From positions 1-64,000 of the forward strand of contig JAQGDQ010002379.1 of assembly GCA_030141605.1 (NCBI GenBank): 64,000 bases of DNA, written 5' to 3'. This document shows positions 12,601-26,520 of this stretch, piece by piece. Each line of letters begins with the position of its first letter. Positions within the stretch are counted from its first letter, which is position 1. The notes under the pieces were generated by a model. It saw nothing but the letters and a program-made list of their open reading frames with translations. It was not told the origin of the DNA and did not search any database. The position numbers and the translations under genes were made by a program. The DNA is from Tubiluchus corallicola. Its lineage: Eukaryota > Animalia > Priapulida.

Positions 12601-15600
12601 TTATTTTCACAGCAATTATTAAATTAAGATTAAAGGATATTAAATTTAACATCCTTAAACTTTACCACCTATCCACATTTGAGATACAAATGTCACATTT
12701 GACTTGACATGTGTCTACATTTGACTTACAAAAAACGCTTAAGATTTCTTGAAAACCATTGTTAACACATTTGAATTACCTAAATCTACATTTGAGTTAA
12801 CGCAGGTCTACATTTGACATGTAAAACCTATAGCTGCTGTTTATCTTTTAATGTTTGACTGTTTACGTGCTGTGTGCATTTTTGTGTTTGCACAATGATC
12901 GGGTCGATTACAATATTGTTTACATCACAGTCAGAGAGTTTTTCTCTCCAACCTTAGCAAATTGCTATGTAGTCACAGAAAACACTGTCCACAGAGGTTA
13001 ATACCACTGAATGCTTTATTAACATAATCAGTATGTCCAACATAACATAAATGTTCAACAGCTCCCATAAGTGGATTAACCTGACTGTTCAGAGCACAGG
13101 TATGTAATAACAGACAGGTGACTAGCAGGTAACAAACAGAAAAGCTGGCTAAAACCAAAAGCTTTACATTTCCGTCACAGATGGCGCCTCGTGCCCGATA
13201 AGTAAGATTAACAGAAAACAAAAAAAACTAAGCCTGCTGCATGCTATATCAGTTTTTTGTTGCTTGACATAGGAAAAATTTTCAGATTAAAGAATTGTAA
13301 ACCAGTTTTCAACTGTGTATATGTAAGCAAGATCTGTTATCGTTAGGTTTATTTATTAGATCCTGAAGTTTGTAGTGTGAGATACATTGAAATCTGATAT
13401 TTTTTTATAATTTCTATCTGCTTACACTTATCCTGGACCTCTAAATCAGGGGTGTGCAAATTGCGGCCCGCCGAGAGAATTTGTGCGGCCCGTGAAGAGA
13501 TTTTTCATCCTAATAAAAGTGCGGCCCGGGCGATTAATTGAGTGTATCCAGCTGAAGTCCGTGCCACGATCCAAAAGATAGTGCAGGTAGTTTTTTCTAC
13601 TAGATCGGATGCCATTAACGCTTACAAGATGGTTGTAGCTTAATGTCACTGTACTACACAGACTGTGTGATACACATTACTAATATGCATTGTAATGAAA
13701 TTACCACTATCTGTCCTGAAAGTAGAAATATGTGGCTCCTTGATCAAACTGCCTGTGGCCCGCAGGAATTGCGGGAAAGTTTAGTGTGGCCCAGCTAGTC
13801 AGATAATTTGCACACCCCTGCTCTAAATGCTAGTACAGCGAGCATATGATGCAGTTATGAAGCGCAGATATGTGATATCACATTGTACAGAGCATTTTTC
13901 TAGTGCCTAGGAAAATTAGGGTTCAAACTCAGGCAAAGAAGGCTATTATTCGAAATGTTGGAGATAAATTCAAAAAGGATTATTTGAGCAGTGTGCCAGC
14001 TTTTGTTGCTGATTTATCTCAGCGAAAAAGTTTTTTTTTACTTTTTGAGTTCCTCTATAGTGAATAACTGTATAGAGCTGTTCATTTCGCTCTGTTCTTG
14101 TTCTCGTTCATGTAATACAAAACTTTGCCATTTACTCGTTGTGAGGTAAACAGTGCACACTTGAATCTTCACAAAAATTTGGATTCCATAACAAATGCAA
14201 ACGTGTATTTATAATCTATTAACAACACGGTTAGCTTATTACCATTATTTCTCAACCAGTAGGAAGGGATGATGTAGAATACTTGTGCATTATTGATCAT
14301 CAGTGATTGGATGTATTAACTTTTGACATTGACATTTCACGCAGTTTCAAAATTGGGCAAAATGTTTTTGTTGTTGTTTTGTGGCATGGTGTAGGTGGTA
14401 TGGTCTGGTGTGTTTTTTTTATATTGTGACATCGCAATAAAGCACTTGCAGGAAAATTGTTGAGCTACTTAAAGGAACCGACAAAAGAGCATCATCCAAA
14501 ACATACCATGTTACTAAAGTTTGCACTTTTACAAGTTTTGCAAGTAAAATGTACATCCATGTGAACAAACACGTGTGGCAAGATAGCAGCCCAATGCTTC
14601 TCATTCCAGACTAACTGAATGTCATTCAAGTTGAAAGAATGGTTGGTCATGTTTTCTGAGGACCTGGTGGACATCGGCTGTGCAAGTACAAGGAAAGAAC
14701 CAGACCCTAACTTATTGATATTTTTATTGTAGACGCTGCAGACGATCGAGTCTGAAAGGATTCAGTTCTTGAGAAATTGCTGCTGGGTTCATGTGAATAT
14801 CAGCTCTGCTAACTGCGTAAGAGTTGACGAGGTAACAGACTCGTAATTAGCAAAACTATTTTGCGTGAAATTGATTTACTAAATGCATTAGCCAAGTTTT
14901 ACTTTTAACTGAACAAGTCATTTAGATCAGACATTATGATAGCAGTTGTGTCAGCTATACCAGGTCATTTTTCCTAATAATGTGGTAGAATTGCTAGTTA
15001 GAGATGGGTGAATATGCGAGATTGTTCAATTGATGGCCCAGGTTTGTGACATTTTCTAGAGGAGAGCAATGGCATTAGCTCTTTTTAGTAACTGTGGAAA
15101 CGGCTATGCAGATGCCCTGCTAGGGTAGATACGTGCTCCTTTAATGAAACTGTTTAGTGATTTTGTCCATGCATGTATTGTTTTGATAGATTTTTATAGC
15201 CTTTGTTGTACTCTTTGGTCTAGTTTTAGTCTTGTACCTTAAAGTAATTTAAAAATTTATGAGAACTGCAATAGAACTTGAGGGAGTGTTTCGTTTTTAC
15301 ATAATCCTGAGTATAATAATTTTTTGAAATAGTTTTATACTCAAATAAAATCTGTCTATCTATCTGACTGCATAAATGAGAACCTGTTCATATTTAGTTA
15401 TTTATCCTACACAGAATAATGGGCACAGGCAAAATACAAACGAAAATTAAGTTATATAATTATTATTTTTTATTTTGCGAAATATAAGATGGTAATACTA
15501 TGTAAACTACATGAAGATGCCATGTCTGTGACATTTATAGTCAATATCTAGGCTTATTGTGTGAGATTGTATCAAAGGTTCATATTTTTAGCATGCAAAT

Positions 15601-18600
15601 TCTTTTCAGTAAGCAGAAATATGGAATGCTGACAATCAGGTACCTCGATTAGTTCTCGCTTTCTGTTTCCATCTCTCCATAACAATACTCTGTTAATGTT
15701 ACTGACTATAAACCCACACTAACAATTTCCCATTAAGTTGACATAATAATAATCTGCATAATTGGGGATTTAATTATGCACAGTAACTAACGGTTAGTTT
15801 AGTGAAGCTTCGTCGGTTGGAGTCACATTCGGTTGAGGGGTATCAAATTGACCGATGCCCGGATTCTTTGAATTTTCGTAGATCTCGTTGTGGTCGTAGA
15901 GATTACAAAGCTGTTCTTTGGGATACAGTAACAGTAAGGCGGTTACCTCAAGTGTGACAACTCATCTGTGCTGTTTAGTAAAAGACCACCGATGACACAT
16001 ACAAAAGTTTAGTTGTGTCTGGTGTTTATGTACACCCCGTTTAATGCTCACCCGTGCATTAGTAACAAATGAATGTGCTGATGAGCATTTAGCAGGTTGC
16101 ATAAGTCCCTCTCTTTTAACAGCTGACATTAATTTAACTTGTATTAACTAGTCGAGGTGTCCTGTCACTTTCAGGCGTTTATATCCTTTCTTGTTAAGAC
16201 AAACAACTGGGGGCAGCACAGCAATTGATAAATGTAGTTTTCATGATAAACGCCAATGAAATTACTAACCAGGCATGGCACAGCTTAACTTTGTGGCCAA
16301 GCACACACAGTATAAACTGAGTCATTTCCCTCCCCTCCGCAGAGTCTACTACAGCTATTTTGATCGTTTATCATGCGGAGTGCTGGTTTTCATATTGTGC
16401 CACTTGTAGCTGGGGTAAACGAGATTGTTGTGAAGTGCGGAAACTTTGTTTAATCCCGTAAAATTTTTCGGGATTCAGGAAAGTCACTATTAAATGTGAT
16501 CCCGATCAGCGAGGCTTCACTTTATCTAATTAGAAAGCATGCAGATTTGTCTTAATCACAGTGGTTATCGTCAATTCCAGAACAAGTAATCTAAAACAAA
16601 TTAGGACAAATACCCACTACGGAGCGAACTCTGTAATCAAACAAGCAATTCTACTTTAGAATTCTCTACCATTACAGGTTAAACAAATCAAGTCCCTATC
16701 AGCATTTAAAACAAAATTAAAATCACTAATATTCACCAGATATGAAATACCATCACACCAGTACGACAACATACACACTCATTCAGAATTCATATATCCA
16801 CATCCATATTAATTAAATCATATTTTTTTCATTTTTTGTGCATAGTTGTAAATACGTTTGATTTTATTCGTCATTACTGCACAGTAGTTTAGATTGCACT
16901 GACGCATTTGCCTTCAGCAGTGTAAGTTTTTATTAACTAACACTGATTGATTATCTCTGTAAAGTTTTTATCAGTGATTATCAATGTATTTTAATGGTAA
17001 ATAAAGATTATATATATATATATATATATATATGGTTATGTTAAGCAATGTCACACATACTAACAGGTAGCACTGTGTGAATGAAGCATTTGCATATTAA
17101 CCACATAAATACATTAATTCTTACTTAAACATACTAATTTGTAGTAATTGCAGTCTGTGATAACACTTTAACACAACTGCCCATAAGTCGGCATAGTTAA
17201 AACTGCGTTATTATGCTTCAAAGTAGAATGATCGAAAAATTTGATCAAATATCAGTTTTTCATATTTCATAAAAACAAATGCCAAATATATTGCACTTTT
17301 ACGTTCTAGCATCAAATTAATAAGAAAGTGTTCAAACAATACTAAAAATTTAATTTTATAACACCTTACGTACTTTTCTGTCTAAAAAGTAGTACTGCAA
17401 TTGTAAAAATTTTGTGTTTTCAAACTCCAGTACTAGCTCCTTGAAGCTGACATTTTGCTTCGGGTTTTTTCTGTTGTAAAGCCCTGATTTTCAGCGGAAA
17501 ACCCATGTATTATATTTAAACACGACATCAATGTGTTCTTGCAAAGTCCGTAGCAACCAACATTTGTACGGTTGCTAAGTGTTTTCCAGAAATGCGACAA
17601 AAAACAATGGCTGACTTTAATAGCGATTTTCTCAAGATTATGTTTTCCAGTGTGTAGCCTGCACCTCAACTTCAACGTGGATTATCTCAGCTTAGAAATA
17701 ACATAGAGCAATGAACTTGGTACCAAAATAATCCTCATGCAATGGAGATTCAGAAAATGTGAATAACTAGAAAAGCTTATTTGCCAACTTATGGACGATT
17801 TCACTATGCAAGCACATATGTAATTCTCATTGAGTAAATGTACAGCCTGAGCAATGAGCATTAGTGTTAAATACCTCTATTTAGTTTAAAATGTTGTTAA
17901 ATTCAATTTAGCATTATCGTCTTTCATATTATAGTACTATGGCCAGCACTGTAGTACTATATCTCCATTATAAATGTCCAGGTTAAATACTCATTGATCA
18001 ACATATAATTCTGCAGTCTTTTCCATAGTTATAAAGGCAAGTCTGATTTTATGTCAATGCAATTTTACCCAGTGGTGCAACAATGCATAAAATAACTTCT
18101 CGTAAATCAATAAGAATACGATATACTGTGGCACTTCATCTGTATGTAAATGAGTTTAGAGCATGCTTAAATTAAGTCTTTGTTAAAAATGTAGCTATGT
18201 TTTTTGCAGAGGTGGCAGAAAGTGCAGGCGACTATTTCTTTAGTCCTGTGGCCTATTTTACCGCTAAGGTCATTATTTTTAAAGCAGAGGAAGCTCTATT
18301 ACTGCACGTTGACTGACCAAATCTTGTCCCGTTTGCCTACTTACACGATTCAGCTTACATAGTCTACATTTTTACAGTTGCATGAAGAGGTTAGAAAGAT
18401 TTTAGAAAAATGCGATCCTGACCAGGATGTTCAGTTGTTTATTAACCAACATCAAACTGGGAAGATTAGACCCAGTAAGTATCTTCAACTAACTCCTTAG
18501 GTGCATGAAAAATGAATGTTGTCTATTAGATCAGACAGATGTCGGAAGGGAGCTGTTTTTGCAGGCCTGACTGATATCAGTTCATTAATTTGTTAATCAC

Positions 18601-20932
18601 AAACTGTTTGTTGACATTAGTAACCTCAATTCGATCATACAGGTGCATCTGGTTGCAAAAATTGACCAGATCTGTCTGAAATTCTGCAGTGTGATTGTGT
18701 GTCAGTAAGCCTTTTCATAGTTTCGTTGTGCGTACGTGCAGTTGGTGTAGATCAGAGGTTAAGTGTACCACAGCATCAAGTCTTAACTGCAACCGTCACA
18801 TGAACTGTGGGTAAAGCAAAGCCGTCTGCCGCTCAGTTCAGTAACTCCAGTTGTTTTACATAGACTTAGGTTGTGAATAGAGTGATTTATTAGCAGGATT
18901 TTCCTTTGAAACAAGAAAAAATGATCCAGGTAAAGTTCTAGCTGCTGTTAAAACTATTACTATTATAACAGCATGGGCTGTGAGATGTTGTCTGGTTCAC
19001 TTAACCTTTGACCTTTTCACGATCGTCAGCGATCACTGGCACTATGAAAAGGATTATTCTTAATTGTTTTACTGCCAGTATATTAACCTTAACTGTGATT
19101 AGGTTGATGTGTGGGCAAAGTTACATGCTAATCAGTTAAATGTATGGCCACATGTCTAGACTACCATATTTAATGCCTAGGTAACACTAGGTAGCTTAGT
19201 TAATGCTCATTTTCTCTTGAAATGGGTATTCAGTGTAGAACATATGATATTAAAGGCTTATTTTATCATTTTGCTACTTTGTTAGTTTGTAGACTTTATG
19301 GTACACGAAAGCTCTTCATAAATAAAGCAAAAAAATTGTCTCAAAGCTTTGCATCATGTACGCATTGTCTTAATGTATGCAGTACTTGTATTAGTAGTAA
19401 CACTGTATGTAAATCTAAACTCCCGTGATGACCGTTAGGCGCAGACATTTTAATGGTAACTCGTTTGAAACAAGTTTAGATAACACTGTGCAAAGTTTTA
19501 AAAAAATAAGCAGAGCAGACGTAGCCTGCTCTTCACTAAATAAACAGAAATTTAAATTACTCTATGTTGTCAAGATCAATAATGTTGTGTGTTTTTTTCG
19601 TTAACCAGTGATGCACACTGGGATAGTGAGACAGTGATGTTTTACCAGTTGGTACGAGTATTTTAAATTACCAATTATTTTCTTTTCCAGTTACATTAGG
19701 CTTTCAAACATATATGTGTAATGCTAAGTAATATAATTTTGCATGGAAAGTTCTTTGAGATATACTCTAAATTTCCCTTTCTCCCCTGAATTCATAGTTA
19801 TATTGTAAGTGCAAAATGCTTACTTCTTCAATATTTGTCTGCACTTGTGAAGCAGCTTAATTAAAAGCAAAACAGTTCCTCCCAATTGTGCTTACAATTC
19901 TTAATTTATGAGTTTTTTTAAACAGGTAAAATTGAATATCATAACTATTACGACAGAACGGGTAGCGGACAACGTGACAACACACAATCCAGTTTTACTT
20001 CGTACTCTTCAATCGGCAATGACAACTTCGGTGGGAACGTCTACGAAAGCGCTTATACTTCAGTAGGTCAAGAACTATCAAGACGTATAAATGGGAAGTT
20101 TCGTATCCTGCGCGACTACACTGCAATGGTTAGTAACGTTATCGTCATTTATGTGAAAATTCTATGGTAGATGCTAACTGCTGATTGTGCATTGTCATTT
20201 TATAGTGGACAATAGTGATGTTGACAATAACAATACATATTGTCGTGTTGATGGTTATTGATTATCGTATCGATACAAATAATTTGTTTTTATACTTATC
20301 GTATCGAATTCGGAGAGCATTAGTGCTTATTGGTTATCGCTGTATCGGTTACCTTTATAAAATCACTTCATTTTGCTCCACTCATTCATTGGAAACACGT
20401 AAAAATTAACAGCAGAATTATTTATAATGTTGTTCGAATAATTTTCTTGCATTTTTTGCAATAGCGTCTGTCTTCAGTCGGTTTAAAAACGCGCGGATGC
20501 CAAGTGGCACATTTTTGGAAGCATTTTCCCAGTTATGTACAAACAGTGCAGCTCCAAGAAATAAATATGTTATGTAGTAATAGATTTATGCGTAATATAT
20601 TTATCTATCGTGGCTCACTTGTTAATATAATTATATGAATAAACATAGAAGACAACTTTGTCATAGATTACATGCATCTATACAGTAACCAGACGGTTTA
20701 GTCTAGTGGTAATGCGTCTGCTTTCCATCTGGCAGGTCGTGAGTTCGAACCAGCGGCCGGGTCATACCAAAGACTTTAAAAATGGTACCTGCTTTGCCCT
20801 GCCAGATATTTAGGGTAAAAGTGGGGTAATAATAGTCTCTGTTATGTAGTTGTAGTTTGTTATTTACAGTTGGCGATAATAGCTCTTTGAGCTAATGTTA
20901 ATTATTGACCCAAAAACTGACTTTAAATAAAG

Positions 20933-21016
<84 letters not shown>

Positions 21017-22355
21017 ATCCAGTAACAGCCTGCAAAAATAGGACGTTCCAGTACACTGAAACAGCTTTCCCAATAACTAACCATATGTTCAGTAATCGTT
21101 ATTGTTGGAAAAAATCATGATATCGTATCATTATAGTATCGCCAAATTTGAATCGTTTAACATCATTAGTGGCAACTTAATAAAATTGTTTTGTTTGTGT
21201 TGACATTGTAAATCTAGGGGAGATTTTAGAACAGGTGTACTAAGTGAGAACTTTTACACATTGCTGTCAGTGTAAACTTGAGGATCATTGCCGAAAAATG
21301 TCAATATGCAGATATCATTGTTTCTCATGTCTAATGCTATGTTTACATCGTCTTTCTTTCTATGCTATGCTTCGTAAATGTTTTTAGTTCTGCCTCTCAA
21401 TTTAATTCTTACTATATTATCATTGCAATAATTTTAGACAATGTACAACTTTTTATAACGTTGAAATAAACTTATAATAATGTACTGAATTATTTTATCA
21501 GGAAATTTGACATCAATTCTGTACTTTTTAACCCTTTCAGTCCCACATTATTTTCTTAGTAAGAAAAAAATTTTTGGCTTGGTACTTTTGTTCAGTATGT
21601 CCATCTTCTTTACATATAATAATTATTTTTTCTACCTGTGCCAAAGTGCTAAATATAGCCTGTATCCCACGGGATACATTGGGATTCAATGGAAACATAA
21701 AATGTGCTTCATTTTGCAACTGTTGATAATTTTTTAAAGTATTTAAGACATTTAGTATGCATGCTATGCTGATGTGTACAAAGTCGTCTCTAAAGTACTG
21801 TACCTTATGCTATGTAGATTTTCTAGTTTGCCGTTTTATCACCATTTTTCGTCTATTGTTATTGGCTTAAATCAAAATAAGTATTAACAGATCAAATAAC
21901 TCTCAGTTTTAAAATTTTATTAATTTTAAAGGCAGAAAATATTCTCGTATCCCACGTGATACAACGGGTATGAAAGGGTTAATCTATCTTGTACCAGCCT
22001 TTAAGACTAAGGTACATCTTTTGTTTATATCTTTATATAGTGCTTGTAAGTTTATGTTTTGTTTGTGTGATACGGTGTACAATTTGTGTACGTGTGTGTA
22101 ATTCCCGCTTTTGGACTAAAAGTCCAGTGGCTGGAATGTATGTATTTCTTTTATTTATAACAAATAAAATGATACTATTCTATCAACATCTGATGTTTTG
22201 TTACATTTTTACAGAATAGTAAAGAGTTAACGGTGACAGCTGGTGAACAAGTTGAAATCATCTCCCAGCCGGATGGCAGCTGGTTTAAAGTTCGTACGCT
22301 GCGTGGAGGTCAGACGGGCCTGGTGCCTTGCGCGTGCATTGACAATGCTGTATGA
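5378..22355 (+). CDS. PSTPIP1: PSTPIP1-like F-BAR + SH3 adaptor protein, complete 12-exon CDS
   Basis: GT-AG exons with consistent phases: 5378-5404 (MKEFRDCFW), 6051-6151, 7429-7503, 9482-9623, 10429-10491, 10860-10958 (LKKSYENKCREADAAE), 11188-11233, 12026-12105, 14733-14831 (ERIQFLRNCCWVHVN), 18378-18474, 19926-20128 (IEYHNYYD...FRILRDYTA), 22215-22355 (SH3: ELTVTAGEQVEII...WFKV...GLVP, TGA). Motif order follows vertebrate PSTPIP1. Confidence 0.92.
8910..9227. repeat. 60-bp intronic minisatellite, ~5 copies
   Basis: Unit ctgatgtagtagcaactgactcagcctcagccaagctagctgatttactgtgtgagtcag repeats with 60-bp periodicity. Confidence 0.93.
11362..11795. mobile_element. hAT-family MITE, copy 1 (one end truncated, inverted relative to the 13447-13820 copy)
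   Basis: Starts ctggggtgtgcaaatt. The body is the reverse complement of the 13447-13820 element (both give the spurious ORF MTLSYNHLV..GIRSSRKNY), with ~110 bp of extra internal sequence. Confidence 0.8.
12182..12830. mobile_element. MITE with ~50-bp imperfect TIRs and TA TSD
   Basis: ta|taggttttacacgtcatatgtagac ... gtctacatttgacatgtaaaaccta|ta, with internal subterminal repeats (tcaaatgtagat/gac). Confidence 0.75.
13447..13820. mobile_element. hAT (Charlie-like) MITE, complete
   Basis: TIRs caggggtgtgcaaatt / aatttgcacacccctg. Perfect 8-bp TSD ctctaaat (13439-13446 and 13821-13828). Confidence 0.92.
20690..20810 (+). mobile_element. tRNA-derived SINE (head plus conserved core, MetaSINE-like)
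   Basis: A box tagtctagtgg and B box gagttcgaacc, followed by ccgggtcataccaaagactttaaaaatggtacctg, a core seen in widespread invertebrate SINEs. The subfamily name is from memory. Confidence 0.65.
20932..21014. repeat. (TAT)n microsatellite
   Basis: Direct reading. Confidence 0.97.
21532..21978. mobile_element. piggyBac-like MITE
   Basis: ttaa|ccctttca ... tgaaaggg|ttaa: CCC/GGG termini with TTAA duplication. Internal repeats gtatcccacg. Confidence 0.75.
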
Positions 22356-23283
22356 GTTTGCACTGAGCGTCAATCTGAGCTTCTACCTGCATTGACAATG
22401 CTGTATGAGTTTGCACTGAGCATCAATCTGAACTTCTACCTGCATTGACAATGCTGTATGAGTTTGCACTGAGCATCAATCTGAACTTCTACCTGCATTG
22501 ACAATGCTGTATGAGTTTGCACTGAGCATCAATCTGAACTTCTACCTGCATTGACAATGCTGTATGAGTTTGCATCGAGCGTCGGTCTGAGCTTCTACCT
22601 GCATTGGCAATGCTGTATGAGTTTGCACTGAGCATCAGTCTGAGCTTCTACCTGCATTGGCAATGCTGTATGAGTTTGCATCGAGCGTCGGTCTGAGCTT
22701 CTACTTGCATTGGCAATGCTGTATGAGTTTGCATCGAGCGTCGGTCTGAGCTTCTACCTGCATTGACAATGCTGTATGAGTTTGCATCGAGCGTCGGTCT
22801 GAGCTTCTACCTGCATTGGCAATGCTGTATGAGTTTGCACTGAGCGTCAGTCTGAGCTTCTACCTGCATTGACAATGCTGTATGAGTTTGCATCGAGCGT
22901 CGGTCTGAGCTTCTACCTGCATTGGCAATGCTGTATGAGTTTGCATCGAGCGTCGGTCTGAGCTTCTACTTGCATTGGCAATGCTGTATGAGTTTGCATC
23001 GAGCGTCGGTCTGAGCTTCTACCTGCATTGGCAATGCTGTATGAGTTTGCACTGAGCATCAGTCTGAGCTTCTACCTGCATTGACAATGCTGTATGAGTT
23101 TGCATCGAGCGTCGGTCTGAGCTTCTACCTGCATTGGCAATGCTGTATGAGTTTGCACTGAGCGTCAGTCTGAGCTTCTACCTGCATTGACAATGCTGTA
23201 TGAGTTTGCATCGAGCGTCGGTCTGAGCTTCTACCTGCATTGGCAATGCTGTATGAGTTTGCACTGAGCATCAATCTGAACTT
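22335..23283. repeat. 53-bp minisatellite, ~18 copies, starting inside the last codons of PSTPIP1-like
   Basis: Unit tgcattgacaatgctgtatgagtttgcactgagcgtcaatctgagcttctacc. The first unit contains the final codons CIDNAV and the TGA. Confidence 0.95.
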
Positions 23284-24293
23284 GTGCCTCCATTGTTAAC
23301 TTGTGTGAGTTTGTGCACAACCCGAGAGTCTTTTTTATATTTAACATTTCATTTAATACAAAACACACTGTAAAGAACAACAGACTTAAAACTACAGTAA
23401 ATAATTACGAATACCAAATTAACTGTATCAATGCAATTAACTATTACATTAATGTTATACAGTATTCGGTGCATAATAAAACAACGGATAATAAAACCAT
23501 TTATGCACAGTCAAAAAATGGAAACTATTGTTAAGAAAATTTGGTTAATGTTACCAGAGCGACATTTAAAAAGGCCACATTTTTAGTAATAGGGACAAAA
23601 GCTGTAGCAAGTGAGAAATTAAAATGTTTCTGGCATGTTGCGTATTTTTGAAGATACACGGTTTAAGTGCCGTTTTCTAGATTCACCTCTATTTAATCAA
23701 AGTCAAGCTGAAAGTTAAGTCGACTGTTTCGTGCTAACTGTTCCGCATGTATAGCTGCTAAGTAACTGAATCATTGTTGTACGCTTCGTCTTGAGCCATT
23801 CTGTAAGACAAACGAGTGAGCTGACTGCCCCATGTTTAACTGTCATGATATTAACTAGTGTGAAGCGTTTACGTGCTGTCAGATATGCATAAATGATGTG
23901 TTTATTACCATAAAGATCTACGAGTAACATGGGACATGGGTAACCTTTTAGTACAACATTCTACATCTATGACTATATGTTACATCTCACTTTTTCACAA
24001 AGCGATACAATCCTATTGACCTCAAAACAGAATTTAAAATGTCAACTTCCAAGTCTACTACATTAAGTACGAAAGTGTATGAATTACAATACTTCACCAA
24101 AGCTTCTTCCACAGTTTCACTACATTCAACTGCTGAATAATCTTAGATTAGCATAGGGCATAAAATAGATGGTACTTTCTAATTTACAATTCAATAGTAG
24201 CTATGATATGGTATGCAAAAGTACAATTCCAGCAATACAATGGAATGAACTTAATTTTCATTTAACTATAACTGTCAGAAGTACTCAAACAAA

Positions 24294-26520
24294 TCACATG
24301 CTTTCTTTTTTACACTTCACAATTCCCATGTGAGTGTTGTGCACTTGACACAACATGTTTCTTCTCATGCTTGGCGGGACTACAATACGTTGACCTTTGT
24401 AGACCATACCATCATACACAGCAAGATTATCTCTGCCTTTCCAAAAAGGTCTAACTGAATGTGGAACTTCTTTACAAGTGTCTGGCCAACCATTTAATAT
24501 AATTTTGTACAACTCGTATAATTCATTTGCTGTTGTCTCCTGAAACTGTTTGTATCTGTCTGGTGCCACTGATATGTGCTGTACCATATTAACATACACA
24601 GTTTCTATTTCTGGAGCTACATCTGATAAGTTAGCACGACTTAGCATATCACCTATCACTACTTCTTTGCCTGGTTTGTACATCATTTTAATATCATACG
24701 GCTGTAATTTAAGTAGCATAGATTGTAGTCTCATAGGTGCTGATGATAATGGCTTGCAAAAAATAGTTTGTAATGGTTTATGATCATTTTCTACACTGAT
24801 CTCTGTACCAAAAATGTAGTAATGAAATTTGCTACAACAATGCACAATGGACAGCATTTCTTTCTCAATCTGTGCATATCTTTGTTCTCCTTCACTCATC
24901 GTTCTAGATGTGTAGGCCACAGGTTGACCGTCTTGCAGCAAAACACCAACTGCATAACTACTTGCATCACATTGGATCACATGCTGCTTGTTGGGATCGT
25001 ACAGTGCCAACACTGGAGATTTACATGCCAGATCTTTGAGTTTCTGGAAACTTTCCATTTGAGGTTTGTCCCAGTGAAACAGAGTTTTGTCTCTAATTAG
25101 TTCCCTTAGTCGTGCATTTATTTCACTTAGTTTAGGAATAAATTTTCCTAGATACTGCATAAAACCTAGAAATCGTCGTACATCTTCCTTGCATGTGGGT
25201 GCAGGCATTTCTTGTACTGCTCTAACTTTACCTGGATCTGCTTTTATTCCTGTAGCACCAACCACATGACCGTCATACTTAACTTCAGCTTTTCTATACT
25301 GGCATATATCAAAATTTAATTTTAGATTCCATTCCATTGCTCGATTCACTAGTTTTTTCATAGTTTGGTCATGATGTTCATTGTCTGTACCAGCTACTAT
25401 GACATCATCCATGATTGCACGTGCTCCATCAATATCTTCAACCATTTTATCCATAATTCTTTGATAAATTTCCGGTGCTGACTTAATACCAAAAGGAAGC
25501 TTCAACCATCTATATCTTCCTAATGGTGTATTCATTGTGGTCAAAAGACTGGATTCATAATCCAAAGGAATTTGGAGATAGCCCGACTTTGCATCCACAG
25601 CAGAGAATACTTTTGCATCGGGCATTGAAGATACTACTTCCTCTACAGTAGGAATTGGGTAATTTTCCCTTTGAATGGCTTTATTCAGTTCTGAAGGATT
25701 AAGACAAATGTGAACTTTGCCATTCTTCACCACTGCTTGCATGGAACTTACCCAGTCAGTTGGCTGTGTGACTTTGGCAATATGTCCTTCTTTTTCCATT
25801 TCCTTCAGTTTTTCTTTAATTTTTGGCAGTAAGTGTGCAGAATATCTCCTTGGACCATGCACAACAGGTTTACAATTAGGATCTATCTTTAGTGAATAAG
25901 TACCTGGTAAAGTTCCAGTAGTTTTTGTTAGTTCAGGAAACTTTTCTTGCATGCCTTGTTGCTTAGGGTACACTTCTTGCACCTTTTTAATGCGTTCTAT
26001 TAGTCCCAACTTAGCACTAGCTTTACCTGAGAAAATAGGTGTTTGGTTCATTTCAACCACATAGTACTTAATATCTACTTGCTTTTTCTTGTAACTTGTA
26101 GCCAGTTTTACACACCCTATCACATCAATTTTATATCCAGTATATGATTGAAACTTTTTATTAGTCTTAACTAGATTGTTGCGACAAGTCATAGTTTTTA
26201 CTAATTTCCATGGCAAAAGACACTGTGCTGCACCAGTATCTATTTGGACTTGCACTTTATGGTTTGCTATTGTCACTGTTGCATACCAATCTTCGGTGTT
26301 TCCATCTGCACTATTAACAGTTTTAATCATTTCGAAAACATCTCCATTTGCATCACTATCTGATGAGACTATGTCTTCGACAATATTTATGCCGTTGTTT
26401 CTACATTTGCTTGCAAAATGACCTTTCTTTTTGCATTTGCTGCAAGTCTGATGAACAGCAGGGCATTGTGATTTACAGTGTATTCCATAACCACATCGAT
26501 GGCACTCTTTCTTACTAGGC
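24294..26520 (-). pseudogene. Gypsy zinc knuckle - protease - RT - RNase H, truncated at the start of integrase
   Basis: CHRCG..H..CPA...CSKCKKKGHFASKC; protease IDTGA; RT LPFGIKSAPEIYQ...IMDDVIV; RNase H CDASSYAVG...YAQIEKEMLSI...NDHKPL. The frame ends just after the integrase H-x-x-H-M-G motif, with no DDE core. Confidence 0.9.

Noticed and set aside
17175-17800. Possible DNA transposon with imperfect TIRs (cccataagtcggca / tgccaacttatgg)
   Set aside because: The match is too short and degenerate and no TSD could be resolved.
20690-20765. tRNA gene
   Set aside because: The acceptor stem is imperfect and it continues into a SINE core, so it is called a SINE.
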